DNA of 59,952 nt from a virus (IMGVR_UViG_3300017747_001692:1-59952); one strand, 5' to 3'. Shown: positions 23,779 through 33,958, numbered from the stretch's first letter. Notes: generated from the letters alone by a model not told the origin. Numbers and translations: made by a program.

Positions 23779-26259
23779 TCAAAACGGCTCGTCGCTAAAA
23801 TCTTTTTCCCCGTTAAAAAAATCTTTGACTATGTTTTTTGCCAAGTCGCTCGTCATCTGCTTCCCCGGGGGGACCACTGATCCCCGCCGAAACCAGACCG
23901 TATGCTTGTCCTCGGCTTTATTTATTTTAACCTTTCGGCCCTCGATTTGAACAAAACCCATGTCGCTCAGGATGTGCGCCAACTTGGAAGTCATGGGCAT
24001 ATCTTTGCCGTCAGCCGTCGCCATTCGGTTAAGATATGTAACATCAATAAGGTCCTGACTGACGATGTCGCAGGCGTAGTCGGCCATCGCATTTTCCACA
24101 TTCTCGCGGTCTTCAGAAATGTGCATGTTGCGCATGTCCGACAGGCCCTCAGTTTCGGGCGCCCGCCCCGCCGGTGAGAAATCGGCTGACACCTTCCAGT
24201 CCAACAAGAACCGGGCCAGAGCATCCGGGCGGCGCTCCAAATCGCCAAACAACTCCCCAAAGTACGCCGACGCCCCCTCCTTGCCCCCAAGCTCTGCAAA
24301 GAGATCCTCCTTGCGGGTCTGGCGGGTGAAGATCACGCAGTAGCGCCGGTCGTTGTCGCCAACCGGGATGGCGTCGGCGTGGTTGGTCATCATCATGTAG
24401 GACGTAAAGTTGGGAATATGCTTCTCGTTCTTGCCCTTGTGGACAACCGGGATGGTGTCGTTGCTGATGATCGGCTTCATCTTGTCGAGGATGGCGTACT
24501 TGTTGACGCCAGAGATGCGGATCTCCTCGACGCAGGCCAGAATGGAGCCCTCGGCCCACCCGGTGAACGCTGAGTCGATAGCCGTCGTCGAAACGACCGA
24601 CGCCTGCCGCCCCAATAGCGCCTGCATGACCCGGAAGAAGTACGACTTGCCGTTTCCCTCAATCCCCTTAAGCAGCAAGGCCCATTGCACCCGCCTGCCG
24701 GGGTTTTGGTACACGAAGGCCATGAAGTCGAGGATGATGCGCCGCTCGCGCTCCACGCCCACCGTTAAAGCAAGGTGGCGGAGGAACCTGTCCACAACCG
24801 CCTGACCATCCTCATCCAGTTCCGCGCAGGGCTCAACGCCGTCCTTCTCATAAGTGTTAAGGTAGGTCAGTCCGGTTTTGGCGTCTGTGAAAATTGGGCC
24901 GAAGCCCGGCCAGTACATCTTGGCGGAAACGTGTGGAATTAAGTTGTTGCGCATCAAGAAGGTGACCGCGTCGAGTTCTGAGCCGATGACCTCGGGCCTG
25001 CCTGAATTGGCGATGCGAAAGGCGTCAGGCTTAACCGAGTGACGGGTTGAGACGCGCTCGAACGTGTTCTCCCCAGAACAAAAAACCAAATCCTTCGCCC
25101 ACTCCGGCGCCTCGGCGTCACCGAAAAAACCGTCACCCTTGTCCTTGCCGCCGGGCTTTGCGGGCCTGAAGGCCTTCTTAACCTCCGAGAGCGTCATCCC
25201 CGCCCCCTTACCGAAGGACACATGGACAAGATTGGCCAACATGGCCCGGCTGTCCAAGTGGAGCTGGGCCTCGCTCATGGCGTTGAGCTTGTTGCGCAGG
25301 ACGGTGTAGGCCTCGCGGGTCATGACCCCCTTGGCTTCGGCCTCAAGCGCCTCGAAAATAGAACTGCTGGGCTGAATCTCGACCGCCGCCCGGCGTCCAC
25401 CGGCGAGGTGAATGATCGAGGCCATTGTGACGGGGTTGCGGTCACCGCCAAAGGAGCGCCACTTGGTCCTCATGTGCCGGGGGTCGTGCTTGCTGCTTTT
25501 TTCGCTCCACGCCAGCCAACGGCCCCAACCGTCCGGCGATCCCCGAAACTGGTGATAGAGCGCCATGCCGACGCGCAGCCACTCGTCATAGTCCTTCCCC
25601 TCGGCGGGGTAGTTCTCCAGTAGGGCATCGACTTCGCCGACGCTCATGTCGAGCGGCTCAGAGGCCACTAAAATCTCAAGGTCACTGAAGTCGTCATCTT
25701 CGCCCCCAGCCGAAATCGCAATTTCGGTTATGTTGACCGCCCACGGCTCCCCGTCCTGACGCAGGGACCAAGGCGTGACGCCCTCCCGGTTGCTGGGCAG
25801 GAACATGATCTGGGACATAGTAAAACTGCACGGGTCCACGTTCCCGAGGCCCACGAGGCGAACGATGTCGTTGACGATGACGCGGTACTCGGCCTCGTTA
25901 ACGGGGCGGCTCAGGGGAACGCACAGGCGAAAGCGCGGGACTTCGGGCGTGTGCCGGAAGGTTGAGTAGGCCACGAAGGCGCAGGGCATCGTCATCCCGA
26001 GCTGGAACTCAATGTCCGCCAGTGAACCCTTGGGGGCGTCAAAGTCGAGCGTGGCGACCGTGCGCAAGACAATGTTGCCGTCTGCGCGCCCCTTGTCCTC
26101 GTCTGCGCGAATGCCGCCAACGAACGCCGCCCGCTTAATCGAGGCCTCTTTGTTTGGGTAGGCCTTGAAGGTAGTTAGGCTCTTGGCCATGTCGGGCCAC
26201 GGGCGCTCCAGTGTCACCGCCGTCGCAAAATTTTTGCAGTAGGTGAAGCGGATCATCAT
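23779..26259 (-). CDS. Primase-helicase (primase, PriCT-2, SF3/D5-like NTPase)
   Basis: LDFD, YSTFRH.P..PRFR, YDEWLRVGMAL (PriCT_2), GIEGNGKS Walker A, VEEI, TNH...DRRY. Confidence 0.88.
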   Translation of the reverse strand: MMIRFTYCKNFATAVTLERPWPDMAKSLTTFKAYPNKEASIKRAAFVGGIRADEDKGRADGNIVLRTVATLDFDAPKGSLADIEFQLGMTMPCAFVAYSTFRHTPEVPRFRLCVPLSRPVNEAEYRVIVNDIVRLVGLGNVDPCSFTMSQIMFLPSNREGVTPWSLRQDGEPWAVNITEIAISAGGEDDDFSDLEILVASEPLDMSVGEVDALLENYPAEGKDYDEWLRVGMALYHQFRGSPDGWGRWLAWSEKSSKHDPRHMRTKWRSFGGDRNPVTMASIIHLAGGRRAAVEIQPSSSIFEALEAEAKGVMTREAYTVLRNKLNAMSEAQLHLDSRAMLANLVHVSFGKGAGMTLSEVKKAFRPAKPGGKDKGDGFFGDAEAPEWAKDLVFCSGENTFERVSTRHSVKPDAFRIANSGRPEVIGSELDAVTFLMRNNLIPHVSAKMYWPGFGPIFTDAKTGLTYLNTYEKDGVEPCAELDEDGQAVVDRFLRHLALTVGVERERRIILDFMAFVYQNPGRRVQWALLLKGIEGNGKSYFFRVMQALLGRQASVVSTTAIDSAFTGWAEGSILACVEEIRISGVNKYAILDKMKPIISNDTIPVVHKGKNEKHIPNFTSYMMMTNHADAIPVGDNDRRYCVIFTRQTRKEDLFAELGGKEGASAYFGELFGDLERRPDALARFLLDWKVSADFSPAGRAPETEGLSDMRNMHISEDRENVENAMADYACDIVSQDLIDVTYLNRMATADGKDMPMTSKLAHILSDMGFVQIEGRKVKINKAEDKHTVWFRRGSVVPPGKQMTSDLAKNIVKDFFNGEKDFSDEPF

Positions 26260-26453
26260 TTTTGTTCCCCGGCGCGAGGATCAATCAACAGTGAGGCGAG
26301 GTCTTGCGACAGCGCGGCCTTCACTTCATCCAGATCGAAACGCCGGTGCCCCGAGGGCAGTTGAATGCAGGGTATTCGGCCCTCCTTGGCCAGCCTCCCT
26401 ATGGTCCCCTTGGTCAGGCCGAGGGCCTTCCCGACTTTTGTACTTGTGAGCAT
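26256..26453 (-). CDS. MerR/excisionase-like HTH protein
   Basis: VGKALGLTKGTIGRLAKEGRIP...PSGHRRFD; AGGAG RBS. Confidence 0.75.
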   Translation of the reverse strand: MLTSTKVGKALGLTKGTIGRLAKEGRIPCIQLPSGHRRFDLDEVKAALSQDLASLLIDPRAGEQK

Positions 26454-26476
26454 TGTGGCTCTCCTAATCGTGCATG

Positions 26477-26505
26477 TTGACACTTATTCGACCATATCGT
26501 ACAAA
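26477..26505 (+). promoter_or_regulatory. Sigma70-like promoter for the replication operon
   Basis: TTGACA-N17-TACAAA in the divergent intergenic region. Confidence 0.5.
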
Positions 26506-26542
26506 TTGCACGTTAGCAATAACCCTAAAAGGAAACCCTGAA

Positions 26543-26986
26543 ATGCTAGAAGTTGAAATCCAAAAGCTCACCGCCGCCGTCGAAGCCCTGACCGCTGAAC
26601 TTAGGTCGGCAAAAGTCGGCAATTCATTGCCGACCGAAATTCCGACAAATTCCGACAAACCCCGACAGAGAAAGCCGAAGGTGACGCCAGAAGAACAGGC
26701 GGCGCTCATTGAGGCGGCAAAACCTGTGGAAAACCCCGTTGTCACCGATCAACCCCTAAAAGACGAACCGAAAGAAGTCGACCCCGCCATCACGGCGGAA
26801 GACCTCAAGACGATGGCGATGGAGATCGCCCGCGCCGACTCGTCCACCCGGACCATCATCCTTGGCATTCTCGGGGAGTATGGGGCCAAGACCATCACGC
26901 AGCTCGACCCCAAGAACTACCAAGCGGTCCACGGGCGCCTGATGAGCCTCGCCCACGACATCTACGAGGCGGGGGAGGAGGCCTGA
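26543..26986 (+). CDS. Hypothetical protein preceding DUF2800
   Basis: MLEVEIQKLTAAVEAL...ILGEYGAKTITQLDPKNY. Confidence 0.7.
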   Translation: MLEVEIQKLTAAVEALTAELRSAKVGNSLPTEIPTNSDKPRQRKPKVTPEEQAALIEAAKPVENPVVTDQPLKDEPKEVDPAITAEDLKTMAMEIARADSSTRTIILGILGEYGAKTITQLDPKNYQAVHGRLMSLAHDIYEAGEEA

Positions 26987-28107
26987 TGGTCGCACACGCC
27001 AAACTTAGCGCCTCGGGCGCACACCGGTGGATTGCCTGCCCCGGCAGCGTCAAGGCCGAGGAGGGATTGCCCGACAGGGGCAGCCCCTTCGCCGAGGAGG
27101 GGACGCGGGCGCACGACCTCATGGAGATGATGCTCCGGGGCAAGCCTATCCGCGTCGGCGACTACGACTTGGAAATGTGGGAGCACGTCGAGACATACGT
27201 CAGCTACGTCCTTAGCCAGAAGAGGCCCGGAGACGCCCTGTTCATAGAGCGGCGCGTGGACTTCTCGGACTGGGTGCCGGAGGGCTTTGGCACTGCCGAC
27301 ACCATCATTGTCAGTGACGAAGTCTTGCACATCATTGACCTCAAATACGGCAAGGGCGTCCCCGTCTACGCGGAAAACAATCCGCAGGCGATGCTCTACG
27401 CCTTGGGGGCATACGCCGAGTGCATGTTCATGTGCGACTTCAAGACGATCAAGATCAGCATCGTCCAGCCGCGCCTCGACACCATCAGCGAGTGGGAACT
27501 CCCGCTGATGGATCTCCTGAAGTTTGGCGAGACTGCCCGTCAAGCGGCGCTGGACACTCAGAACCCCAGCGCCAAACGTGTCCCCGGCGAGAAGCAGTGC
27601 AAGTTCTGCAAGGCCAAGGCGACATGCCCGGCCCTTTACAAACTTACCAGCGACTTGTTGATGGCCGACTTTGAGCAGATCGACGAGGCGCCTGCGCCCC
27701 ACAAACTGACCTTCGCGCAAATGCGCGCGGTCCTTGAGAATAAGACTTTAGTCGAAGCTTGGTTATTATCTGTGGAAAACTCTGTGAAGGACCTCCTGCT
27801 TGAGGGGGTGCAATTCGAGGGGTTCAAGCTTGTTGAGGGGAGGTCGATACGCAAATGGTCGGACGAGAAAAGTGCCGCCAGTCGCCTTGTCCAATTGGTT
27901 GGGGAAGAGGCCGCCTACACCAAGAAGCTCATCAGCCCCGCGCAGGCGGAGAAGGCCTTGGGCAAGAAGGACAAGTCGAAGATCGAGGACATCATCGCCA
28001 AGCCCCGGGGGGCCGCCACTGTGGCGAAGGACAGCGACCCGCGCCCGGCGATTAGTCCCTTGGAGGCTGACTTCGACAACCTTGACGACTCAGAAAACGA
28101 AGCGTAA
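26986..28107 (+). CDS. DUF2800 family PD-(D/E)XK nuclease
   Basis: HAKLSASGAHRWIACPGS, GFGTAD, IIDLKYGKG, QCKFC. Confidence 0.88.
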   Translation: MVAHAKLSASGAHRWIACPGSVKAEEGLPDRGSPFAEEGTRAHDLMEMMLRGKPIRVGDYDLEMWEHVETYVSYVLSQKRPGDALFIERRVDFSDWVPEGFGTADTIIVSDEVLHIIDLKYGKGVPVYAENNPQAMLYALGAYAECMFMCDFKTIKISIVQPRLDTISEWELPLMDLLKFGETARQAALDTQNPSAKRVPGEKQCKFCKAKATCPALYKLTSDLLMADFEQIDEAPAPHKLTFAQMRAVLENKTLVEAWLLSVENSVKDLLLEGVQFEGFKLVEGRSIRKWSDEKSAASRLVQLVGEEAAYTKKLISPAQAEKALGKKDKSKIEDIIAKPRGAATVAKDSDPRPAISPLEADFDNLDDSENEA

Positions 28108-28163
28108 TGTGTTGAAGCGTCGCAAAGCGACGTATAACCCTAGAACTAGAAGGACTGAATAGA

Positions 28164-28688
28164 ATGTCAAAGATCATGCTCCCCAACGTCCGCCTGTCAT
28201 TCCCCAGCCTGTTCCACAAGGCTGTGTTTGATGGGAAGGAGACCAAGTTTGAGGCGACGTTCCTGATCGACAAGAACGAGCAGGCCGACAAGATCAAGGA
28301 GATCAAGGCGGCCATCGACGCGGCGATCAAGGAGGGCCTTAAGGGCGCAAAGCTTCCCCCGGACAAGCTCTGCATGAAGGACGGCGACGGCATTGAATAT
28401 GCTGGCTACGCCGGTTGCATGAGCCTGAAGGCCTCCAGCCAGAAGCGCCCCATCGTCCTCAACCGCGACAAGACCCCGCTCACCGAGGAAGACAACAAGC
28501 TCTACGCGGGCTGCTACGTCAACGCGATCATCGAGCTGTGGGCGCAGAACAACCAGTTCGGCAAGCGCATCAACGCGAACCTGCTGGGCGTCCAGTTCTT
28601 CAAGGACGGCGAGCCCTTCGCTGACGGCGTGACCGCCTCGGCCAGCGACTTCGAAGCCTTCAAGGACGAAGACTTCGACTTCATGTGA
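28164..28688 (+). CDS. DUF2815 single-stranded DNA-binding protein
   Basis: VRLSFPSLF, YAGCYVNA, LLGVQFFKDGE, acidic/Phe tail. Confidence 0.88.
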   Translation: MSKIMLPNVRLSFPSLFHKAVFDGKETKFEATFLIDKNEQADKIKEIKAAIDAAIKEGLKGAKLPPDKLCMKDGDGIEYAGYAGCMSLKASSQKRPIVLNRDKTPLTEEDNKLYAGCYVNAIIELWAQNNQFGKRINANLLGVQFFKDGEPFADGVTASASDFEAFKDEDFDFM

Positions 28689-28852
28689 TTGGTTGGCGGG
28701 GTAATCCACCCGCAGCCGCTGCGGCAACGGGCGAGCGTTTAAAGGCGCTACAAGGTAAGGTTCGGCCCCCGCATCTGACTCATAGCCGTGAAACCTTACA
28801 AGCCGCAACCAAACGTCAGGACGGCGTGACAGGCGGGGAGAGACCCGCACTC
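28689..28852 (+). ncRNA. Candidate structured RNA in the SSB-polymerase intergenic region
   Basis: Nested stems TTGGTTGGCGG/CCGCAACCAA and GTAAGGTT/AACCTTAC, plus hairpin GCGGG-GAGAGA-CCCGC. Confidence 0.3.
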
Positions 28853-28872
28853 ACTAACTGAGGCCACTCCTC

Positions 28873-30654
28873 ATGCTCGTCATCGACACCGAAGTCTACG
28901 CGAATTATTTTCTCGTCATGTTCAAAAACATCGAGAACGCGCGCTACGCCTCCTACGAGATGTTCAAGGGGCAGGAACTGAACAGGTCGCGCGTCATCCA
29001 GCTCATGAAGGAAAACACGACTGTGTCCTTCAATGGCCTTGGCTACGACATCCACATCATCACCGCCGCCCTTGAGGGCTGGCCCTGCGACGCCATCAAG
29101 CGGTTCTCTGACGAGATCATCCGCTCCAATTTGCCCGCGTGGCAGGTGGCCAAGGACAACCGCCTGCGCCTCAAGCACGACTGGGACCACATCGACATCA
29201 TTGACGTGGCGCCGGGCAAGGCGGGCCTCAAGATCTACGGCGGGCGCATGCACGCCCCCAAGCTCCAAGACCTTCCCATTGCCCCTGACGCGCTCATCAA
29301 CCCCGAGCAGCGGGTTGAGCTGCGCCGGTACTGCAAGAACGACCTCGACACCACCGAGGCGCTCTACCGCAAGTTGGAGCCCGCCATCAAACTGCGGGAG
29401 CAGATCGGCGCGCAGTACGGTGGCATCGACCTGCGCTCCAAGTCCGACGCGCAGATTGCCGAGGCCGTCATCAAGTACCGCCTGCACGAGTACACAGGGC
29501 GCAGCTATAAGCCCCGCAAGGTCTCCGTGGGGCACCTGTGCCGGTACGAGGACCCGAAGATCGTCAATTTTCAGGGGCCAGAACTCCAAAAAGTTTTCCA
29601 CAGGATTTTACAGACGGGCTTTCCGGTCGGCTCGAACGGCGCGGTCCAGATGCCCGAGTGGTTGCAGAAGACCAAGATCAGGATCGGACAGAACGACTAC
29701 CAGATGGGGATCGGGGGCCTGCACTCCTGCGAGAAGGGCCAGAGCGTTGTGGCGGGGCCTGACCAGATCCTCGCCGACTTTGACGTGGCCTCGTACTATC
29801 CCAGCATCATCCTGAAGTTGAAGCTGGCGCCCAAGGACATGGGGTCGGACTTCCTGCTGATCTATCAGGACATCGTGACCGAGCGCCTTCAGGCCAAGTC
29901 GCGGGGCGACAAGCTGACTGCCGACACGTTGAAGATCGTCGTGAACGGGAGCTTCGGGAAGTTGGGCAGCATGTACAGCGCCCTCTACGCGCCCGAGCTA
30001 ATGATCCAGACGACGATTACCGGGCAGCTCTGTTTGCTCATGCTGATCGAGTGGGTTGAGAGCGTCGGCGCCCGAGTGGTCAGCGCCAACACGGACGGCA
30101 TTGTGGTGCTGTGCGACAAGGCCCGCGAGAAGTGGCTGGAGGAGGCCATGTTCGATTGGATGCTGACGACCTCGTTCGAGCTTGAGCGTGCGGACTACCG
30201 GTCGATCCACTCGCGCGACGTGAACAACTACATTGCCGTGAAGCCTGACGGGAAGACGAAGCGCAAGGGCGTCTACGCCGAGCCGGTACTGTCCAAGAAC
30301 CCCGACTTCACCATCGTCACGGACGCGGCGGCGCAGTTCCTGAGCAAGGGCGTTCCGGTTGAAGACACGATCAGGTCCAGCACAGACGTGCGGGGCTTTG
30401 TGACTGTGCGCCAAGTCACCGGGGGCGGCCTGTGGCGCGGCGAGTATCTCGGCAAGGCCGTGCGGTTCTATTACTCTACGCAGGTGGGCCGAGACGAACA
30501 CCTGAGCTACGCCAAGAACAGTAACAAAGTGCCGCGCTCTGACGGGGCCAAGCCCCTGATGACGCTGCCCGCTGAGTTGCCTGACGACATAGACTTTGAT
30601 CGGTACATCGAGATGGCGCGCGGCGCGCTAAGGGAAATGGGAGTGATCAAATGA
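28873..30654 (+). CDS. DNA polymerase, family B-like
   Basis: Exo DTE, FNG..YD, YCKND; polymerase DVASYYPS, K...NGSFGK, NTDG. Confidence 0.88.
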   Translation: MLVIDTEVYANYFLVMFKNIENARYASYEMFKGQELNRSRVIQLMKENTTVSFNGLGYDIHIITAALEGWPCDAIKRFSDEIIRSNLPAWQVAKDNRLRLKHDWDHIDIIDVAPGKAGLKIYGGRMHAPKLQDLPIAPDALINPEQRVELRRYCKNDLDTTEALYRKLEPAIKLREQIGAQYGGIDLRSKSDAQIAEAVIKYRLHEYTGRSYKPRKVSVGHLCRYEDPKIVNFQGPELQKVFHRILQTGFPVGSNGAVQMPEWLQKTKIRIGQNDYQMGIGGLHSCEKGQSVVAGPDQILADFDVASYYPSIILKLKLAPKDMGSDFLLIYQDIVTERLQAKSRGDKLTADTLKIVVNGSFGKLGSMYSALYAPELMIQTTITGQLCLLMLIEWVESVGARVVSANTDGIVVLCDKAREKWLEEAMFDWMLTTSFELERADYRSIHSRDVNNYIAVKPDGKTKRKGVYAEPVLSKNPDFTIVTDAAAQFLSKGVPVEDTIRSSTDVRGFVTVRQVTGGGLWRGEYLGKAVRFYYSTQVGRDEHLSYAKNSNKVPRSDGAKPLMTLPAELPDDIDFDRYIEMARGALREMGVIK

Positions 30655-30878
30655 GTGAAGCATCTATGAATAAAGAAAATCAGGCGTATACGCTTGGTGA
30701 ACCACCGACGTTCAAATGTTTTCAAGAGGACAATGAGTGGCGGTTCTATTGTCCGAACTGCAAAAAAGAACATCATCATGGAATTGGGCCGGGGCACCGC
30801 ATAGCGCACTGTTCAAAAGGCCCGTTCAAGAAAACCGGCTATTTTCTCGTTTTAAATGAAGAAGGGGGAACAAAATGA
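30651..30878 (+). CDS. Small zinc-ribbon-like protein
   Basis: CPNC..HHHG...HRIAHC. Confidence 0.6.
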   Translation: MSEASMNKENQAYTLGEPPTFKCFQEDNEWRFYCPNCKKEHHHGIGPGHRIAHCSKGPFKKTGYFLVLNEEGGTK

Positions 30879-31108
30879 ATGACACAAATAAATTGATTGA
30901 TGAGTGCATCGACTTGGCCACGGTGATGCGGCCATTCATTGCAAACAAACGCGGGCCGGTCGTGATGACGACGCTGTGCATGCTCACAGCGGAAGCTATA
31001 GTTAACACTGCCCCCAGCGCCACCACGGAAGAGATGTTCCGCATGATCGACCAGTGCATTCGCGATTACACCGTGCGTCTGGAGGATGCAGCCGATGACG
31101 CCCCGTGA
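30875..31108 (+). CDS. Hypothetical protein
   Basis: ATGA overlap coupling. Confidence 0.55.
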   Translation: MNDTNKLIDECIDLATVMRPFIANKRGPVVMTTLCMLTAEAIVNTAPSATTEEMFRMIDQCIRDYTVRLEDAADDAP

Positions 31109-31391
31109 AGTCATACCCGCACACATACCCGAGGAGGTGGAGGACGAAGTCTCCATCGCCCTCAACAAAATGGTGGACAAAATGCGAATCAAACCCGTCT
31201 CCAAGCGCCAGTGGAAGGCCCGCCTGAAGTTGGGCCGGTGGATACCCCGCATGGTCGTTGAGCGGTGGTCCCTGACTGCCCCAGAGGGAATGAAACTGGT
31301 CTGGCACCCGGAAGAAGATTTCCTCAAGATCCAGCCCAAGATTTTCATGGCCTATCGCGACTATCACCCCATTAAAAAGGCGTGGGAATAA
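31095..31391 (+). CDS. Hypothetical protein
   Basis: GGAGG RBS; coupled to VRR-NUC. Confidence 0.55.
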   Translation: MTPREVIPAHIPEEVEDEVSIALNKMVDKMRIKPVSKRQWKARLKLGRWIPRMVVERWSLTAPEGMKLVWHPEEDFLKIQPKIFMAYRDYHPIKKAWE

Positions 31392-31654
31392 TGCTTGAGC
31401 GAGTTATCGAGGCGGCGCTCGTGCGGCGCGTGAAGGAGTTAGGCGGCCTGTGCGAGAAGTTTGTCTCGCCCGGTCGGCGCAGCGTTCCCGACCGCATCGT
31501 CACGCTGCCGGGCGGACGCATCGTGTTTGTTGAGTTGAAGGCCCCCGGCAAGAAGCCAACTGAGTTGCAGGAGCGCGACCACTGGCGGCGCAGGAAGTTG
31601 GGCTGCGAGGTCGTGGTCATCAACAGCATGGAAGAGGCAAGGAGCTTCGAATGA
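31391..31654 (+). CDS. VRR-NUC domain nuclease
   Basis: KFVSPG...VPDRIV...FVELKAPG..PTELQ. Confidence 0.9.
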   Translation: MLERVIEAALVRRVKELGGLCEKFVSPGRRSVPDRIVTLPGGRIVFVELKAPGKKPTELQERDHWRRRKLGCEVVVINSMEEARSFE

Positions 31655-31986
31655 GCAACTTTAACGCCGAGAAATCAAAACAAAACAGAGACGCAGGTAT
31701 AGAGCGCGTAGCCAATTCCAATTCATTTTGGTTGGCCGCAGTTCATGATCGGCTGCGCAAAATATCAAAGGAAAGGGAGGGGCAACTTGTTACGGGAGAA
31801 GATGTTCGCGCTACTCTCACAGAACTTGGGCTTGAGCCAAACCACCCCAATGCTTGGGGGGCCCTTATAAACGGGTTGGTGAAGAAGAAGGTTCTGCTTC
31901 CAACCGGCGTTTATCGGCCCATGAAAGACCCCCGCAGTCATGCCAGAAGCACTCGCGTTTATGCATTGTCTGGATGGCAAGAGTGA
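31651..31986 (+). CDS. Hypothetical protein
   Basis: RDAGIERV...EPNHPNAWGA...SHAR pattern. Confidence 0.65.
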   Translation: MSNFNAEKSKQNRDAGIERVANSNSFWLAAVHDRLRKISKEREGQLVTGEDVRATLTELGLEPNHPNAWGALINGLVKKKVLLPTGVYRPMKDPRSHARSTRVYALSGWQE

Positions 31987-33323
31987 TGCTTTCTCGTGAA
32001 AATCTCCACGCCTACCAGCGCCGCGCCGTCTCCTTCATCAAGGACCAACGGCGTTGCGGCCTGTTCCTCGACATGGGCCTCGGCAAGACCAGTTCGGCCC
32101 TGACCGCTGTCAGCGACCTGCGCGATGAGTTTGCGATCCACAAAGTCCTGATCGTCGCGCCCTTGCGCGTGGCCAACAGCGTCTGGGCGCAAGAGGCGCG
32201 CAAGTGGACGCACTTGAAGCACCTCCGGGTGTCCGTCTGCACGGGATCGCAAAAGGCCCGTCTGGTGGCCCTACAGGCCGATGCAGACGTGTTCGTGATC
32301 AATCGTGAGAACATCGCTTGGCTCGTTGAGACACTGGGGGCCAAGTGGCCCTTCGACATGGTCATCATCGACGAGAGCAGCTCATTCAAAAACCCGTCCT
32401 CCCAACGTTTCAAGGCGATGCGGCGTGTGTTGGCGAGGACTGAATACATGGTCCTCCTGACCGGCACACCGTCGCCCAACGGCCTCCTCGACTTGTGGTC
32501 GCAGATATACATGATCGACTTCGGGCAAACGCTGGGCCGCACCATGACGGCCTACAAGCAGCGGTTCTTTGAGGCCGACTTCATGGGCTATAAATTTACG
32601 CCGCGCGAGGGCTCCGCCGACAAGATCCACTCTCTGATCGCCCCCAGCGTTATTCACATGAGCGCCGAGGACTACCTCGACCTGCCCAAGCGCATTGACC
32701 TCATTGAAAGCGTTGAATTGGATCGGGAGACCCTCGCGAAATACAACGAGTTTGAAGAGACGCTGCTGGCCGAGCTTGATAACGGTGAAGAGGTTGAGGC
32801 CGCCACTGCGGCGGTGCTGGCCAACAAGCTCCTGCAATTTGCCAACGGGGCCATGTACACCGACACGAACGGAAACTGGTCAGTGATCCACACTGGAAAG
32901 TTTGACGCCCTCGCCGAAATCATAGAGGAGAACCCCAATGAAAATTTATTGGTCGCCTACAACTATCGCTTTGACCTTGAGCTTCTCACGGCCCGCTTTC
33001 CCGGTGCGGTTGTCTTGGACAAGTCGCAGGAGACGATTGACCGTTGGAATCGGGGCGAAATCAAAATGCTCTTGGCTCATCCGGCGTCTGCGGGGCACGG
33101 GCTAAACTTGCAGGAAGGGGGTTCCGTCATTGTCTGGTTCGGCCTGACGTGGTCGCTTGAGTTGTACCAACAATTCAATGCGCGCCTGCACCGGCAGGGC
33201 CAAACAAAGCCGGTGAGGATATTGCACGTCGTCGCAAAGAAAACGATTGACGAACGTGTTTTGAGCGTTCTATCGTCCAAAGACGCTACGCAGAAGAACT
33301 TGCTCTCTGCGTTAAAGCCCTGA
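31986..33323 (+). CDS. SNF2-like helicase
   Basis: DMGLGKT, IDESS, LTGTP, SAGHGLNLQ, QFNARLHRQGQ. Confidence 0.92.
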   Translation: MLSRENLHAYQRRAVSFIKDQRRCGLFLDMGLGKTSSALTAVSDLRDEFAIHKVLIVAPLRVANSVWAQEARKWTHLKHLRVSVCTGSQKARLVALQADADVFVINRENIAWLVETLGAKWPFDMVIIDESSSFKNPSSQRFKAMRRVLARTEYMVLLTGTPSPNGLLDLWSQIYMIDFGQTLGRTMTAYKQRFFEADFMGYKFTPREGSADKIHSLIAPSVIHMSAEDYLDLPKRIDLIESVELDRETLAKYNEFEETLLAELDNGEEVEAATAAVLANKLLQFANGAMYTDTNGNWSVIHTGKFDALAEIIEENPNENLLVAYNYRFDLELLTARFPGAVVLDKSQETIDRWNRGEIKMLLAHPASAGHGLNLQEGGSVIVWFGLTWSLELYQQFNARLHRQGQTKPVRILHVVAKKTIDERVLSVLSSKDATQKNLLSALKP

Positions 33324-33345
33324 TTGAAATTGAGATGGAGGTGAA

Positions 33346-33624
33346 ATGAAGTTTCTCATAACCATGAACATGCCCTCGCGTAACAACGCCATCCACCAGA
33401 TCATCTGTGAATATCCGGCCAAGGGGTTGGCCGATTTTTGCGATGCGCTGGAGCGGCGTGAGTTTACTATTGTTGAAGAGTTCTACAAAAACAGCGAGAC
33501 GGTCCTCGGTCTAGATCCCTACTACTCGGTGGGACTGACCGGCATCAACTACCGTTACGTTGGAAAGATAAAGGAGCTTGGTGGCGTCACCAGCGCACAT
33601 AAAAACATGAAGAAGGAGTATTGA
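33346..33624 (+). CDS. Hypothetical protein
   Basis: GGAGG RBS. Confidence 0.65.
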   Translation: MKFLITMNMPSRNNAIHQIICEYPAKGLADFCDALERREFTIVEEFYKNSETVLGLDPYYSVGLTGINYRYVGKIKELGGVTSAHKNMKKEY

Positions 33625-33625
33625 T

Positions 33626-33958
33626 ATGAACCATACCGACATCCTCACCCAGTCCGTTCTCACGCTCCGTGACCGCGACGATCAGTACGGGAGCATGCAG
33701 GACACCATGATCCGCGCCTGCCAGATCTTTGAGTTGATCACCGGCAGTCCCCTGAGCCCCTACCACGCCAATGTCTTCATGCATGCCCTGAAGTTGGCGC
33801 GCGTCAGGTCGTCGCCGGGCAAGCTCGACAACTACATCGACGGCATCAACTATCTGGCCTTTGCCGGTGAGTTCGCCGTTCCTCCGGGCGGCGCCGAGGC
33901 TATCGTCAACGCCGGGATGCGCGACCTTGTCGAGCAGATGAACACGCAAGAAGGATAA
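33626..33958 (+). CDS. DUF6378-like protein
   Basis: DR..QYG...LKLAR......DNYIDG.NY.A. Confidence 0.7.
   Translation: MNHTDILTQSVLTLRDRDDQYGSMQDTMIRACQIFELITGSPLSPYHANVFMHALKLARVRSSPGKLDNYIDGINYLAFAGEFAVPPGGAEAIVNAGMRDLVEQMNTQEG

Noticed and set aside
26256-26453. Lysogeny module
   Set aside because: Only an excisionase/MerR-like HTH is present; no integrase, CI-like repressor with peptidase domain, or partition genes recognised
26986-28107. Cas4 / CRISPR system
   Set aside because: The Cas4-like fold belongs to the common phage DUF2800 nuclease; no repeat-spacer array or other cas genes seen
28750-28802. Hammerhead ribozyme
   Set aside because: Has CTGA and GAAAC with a flanking stem, but the core reads CTGACTC rather than CUGANGA and stems I/II are not evident
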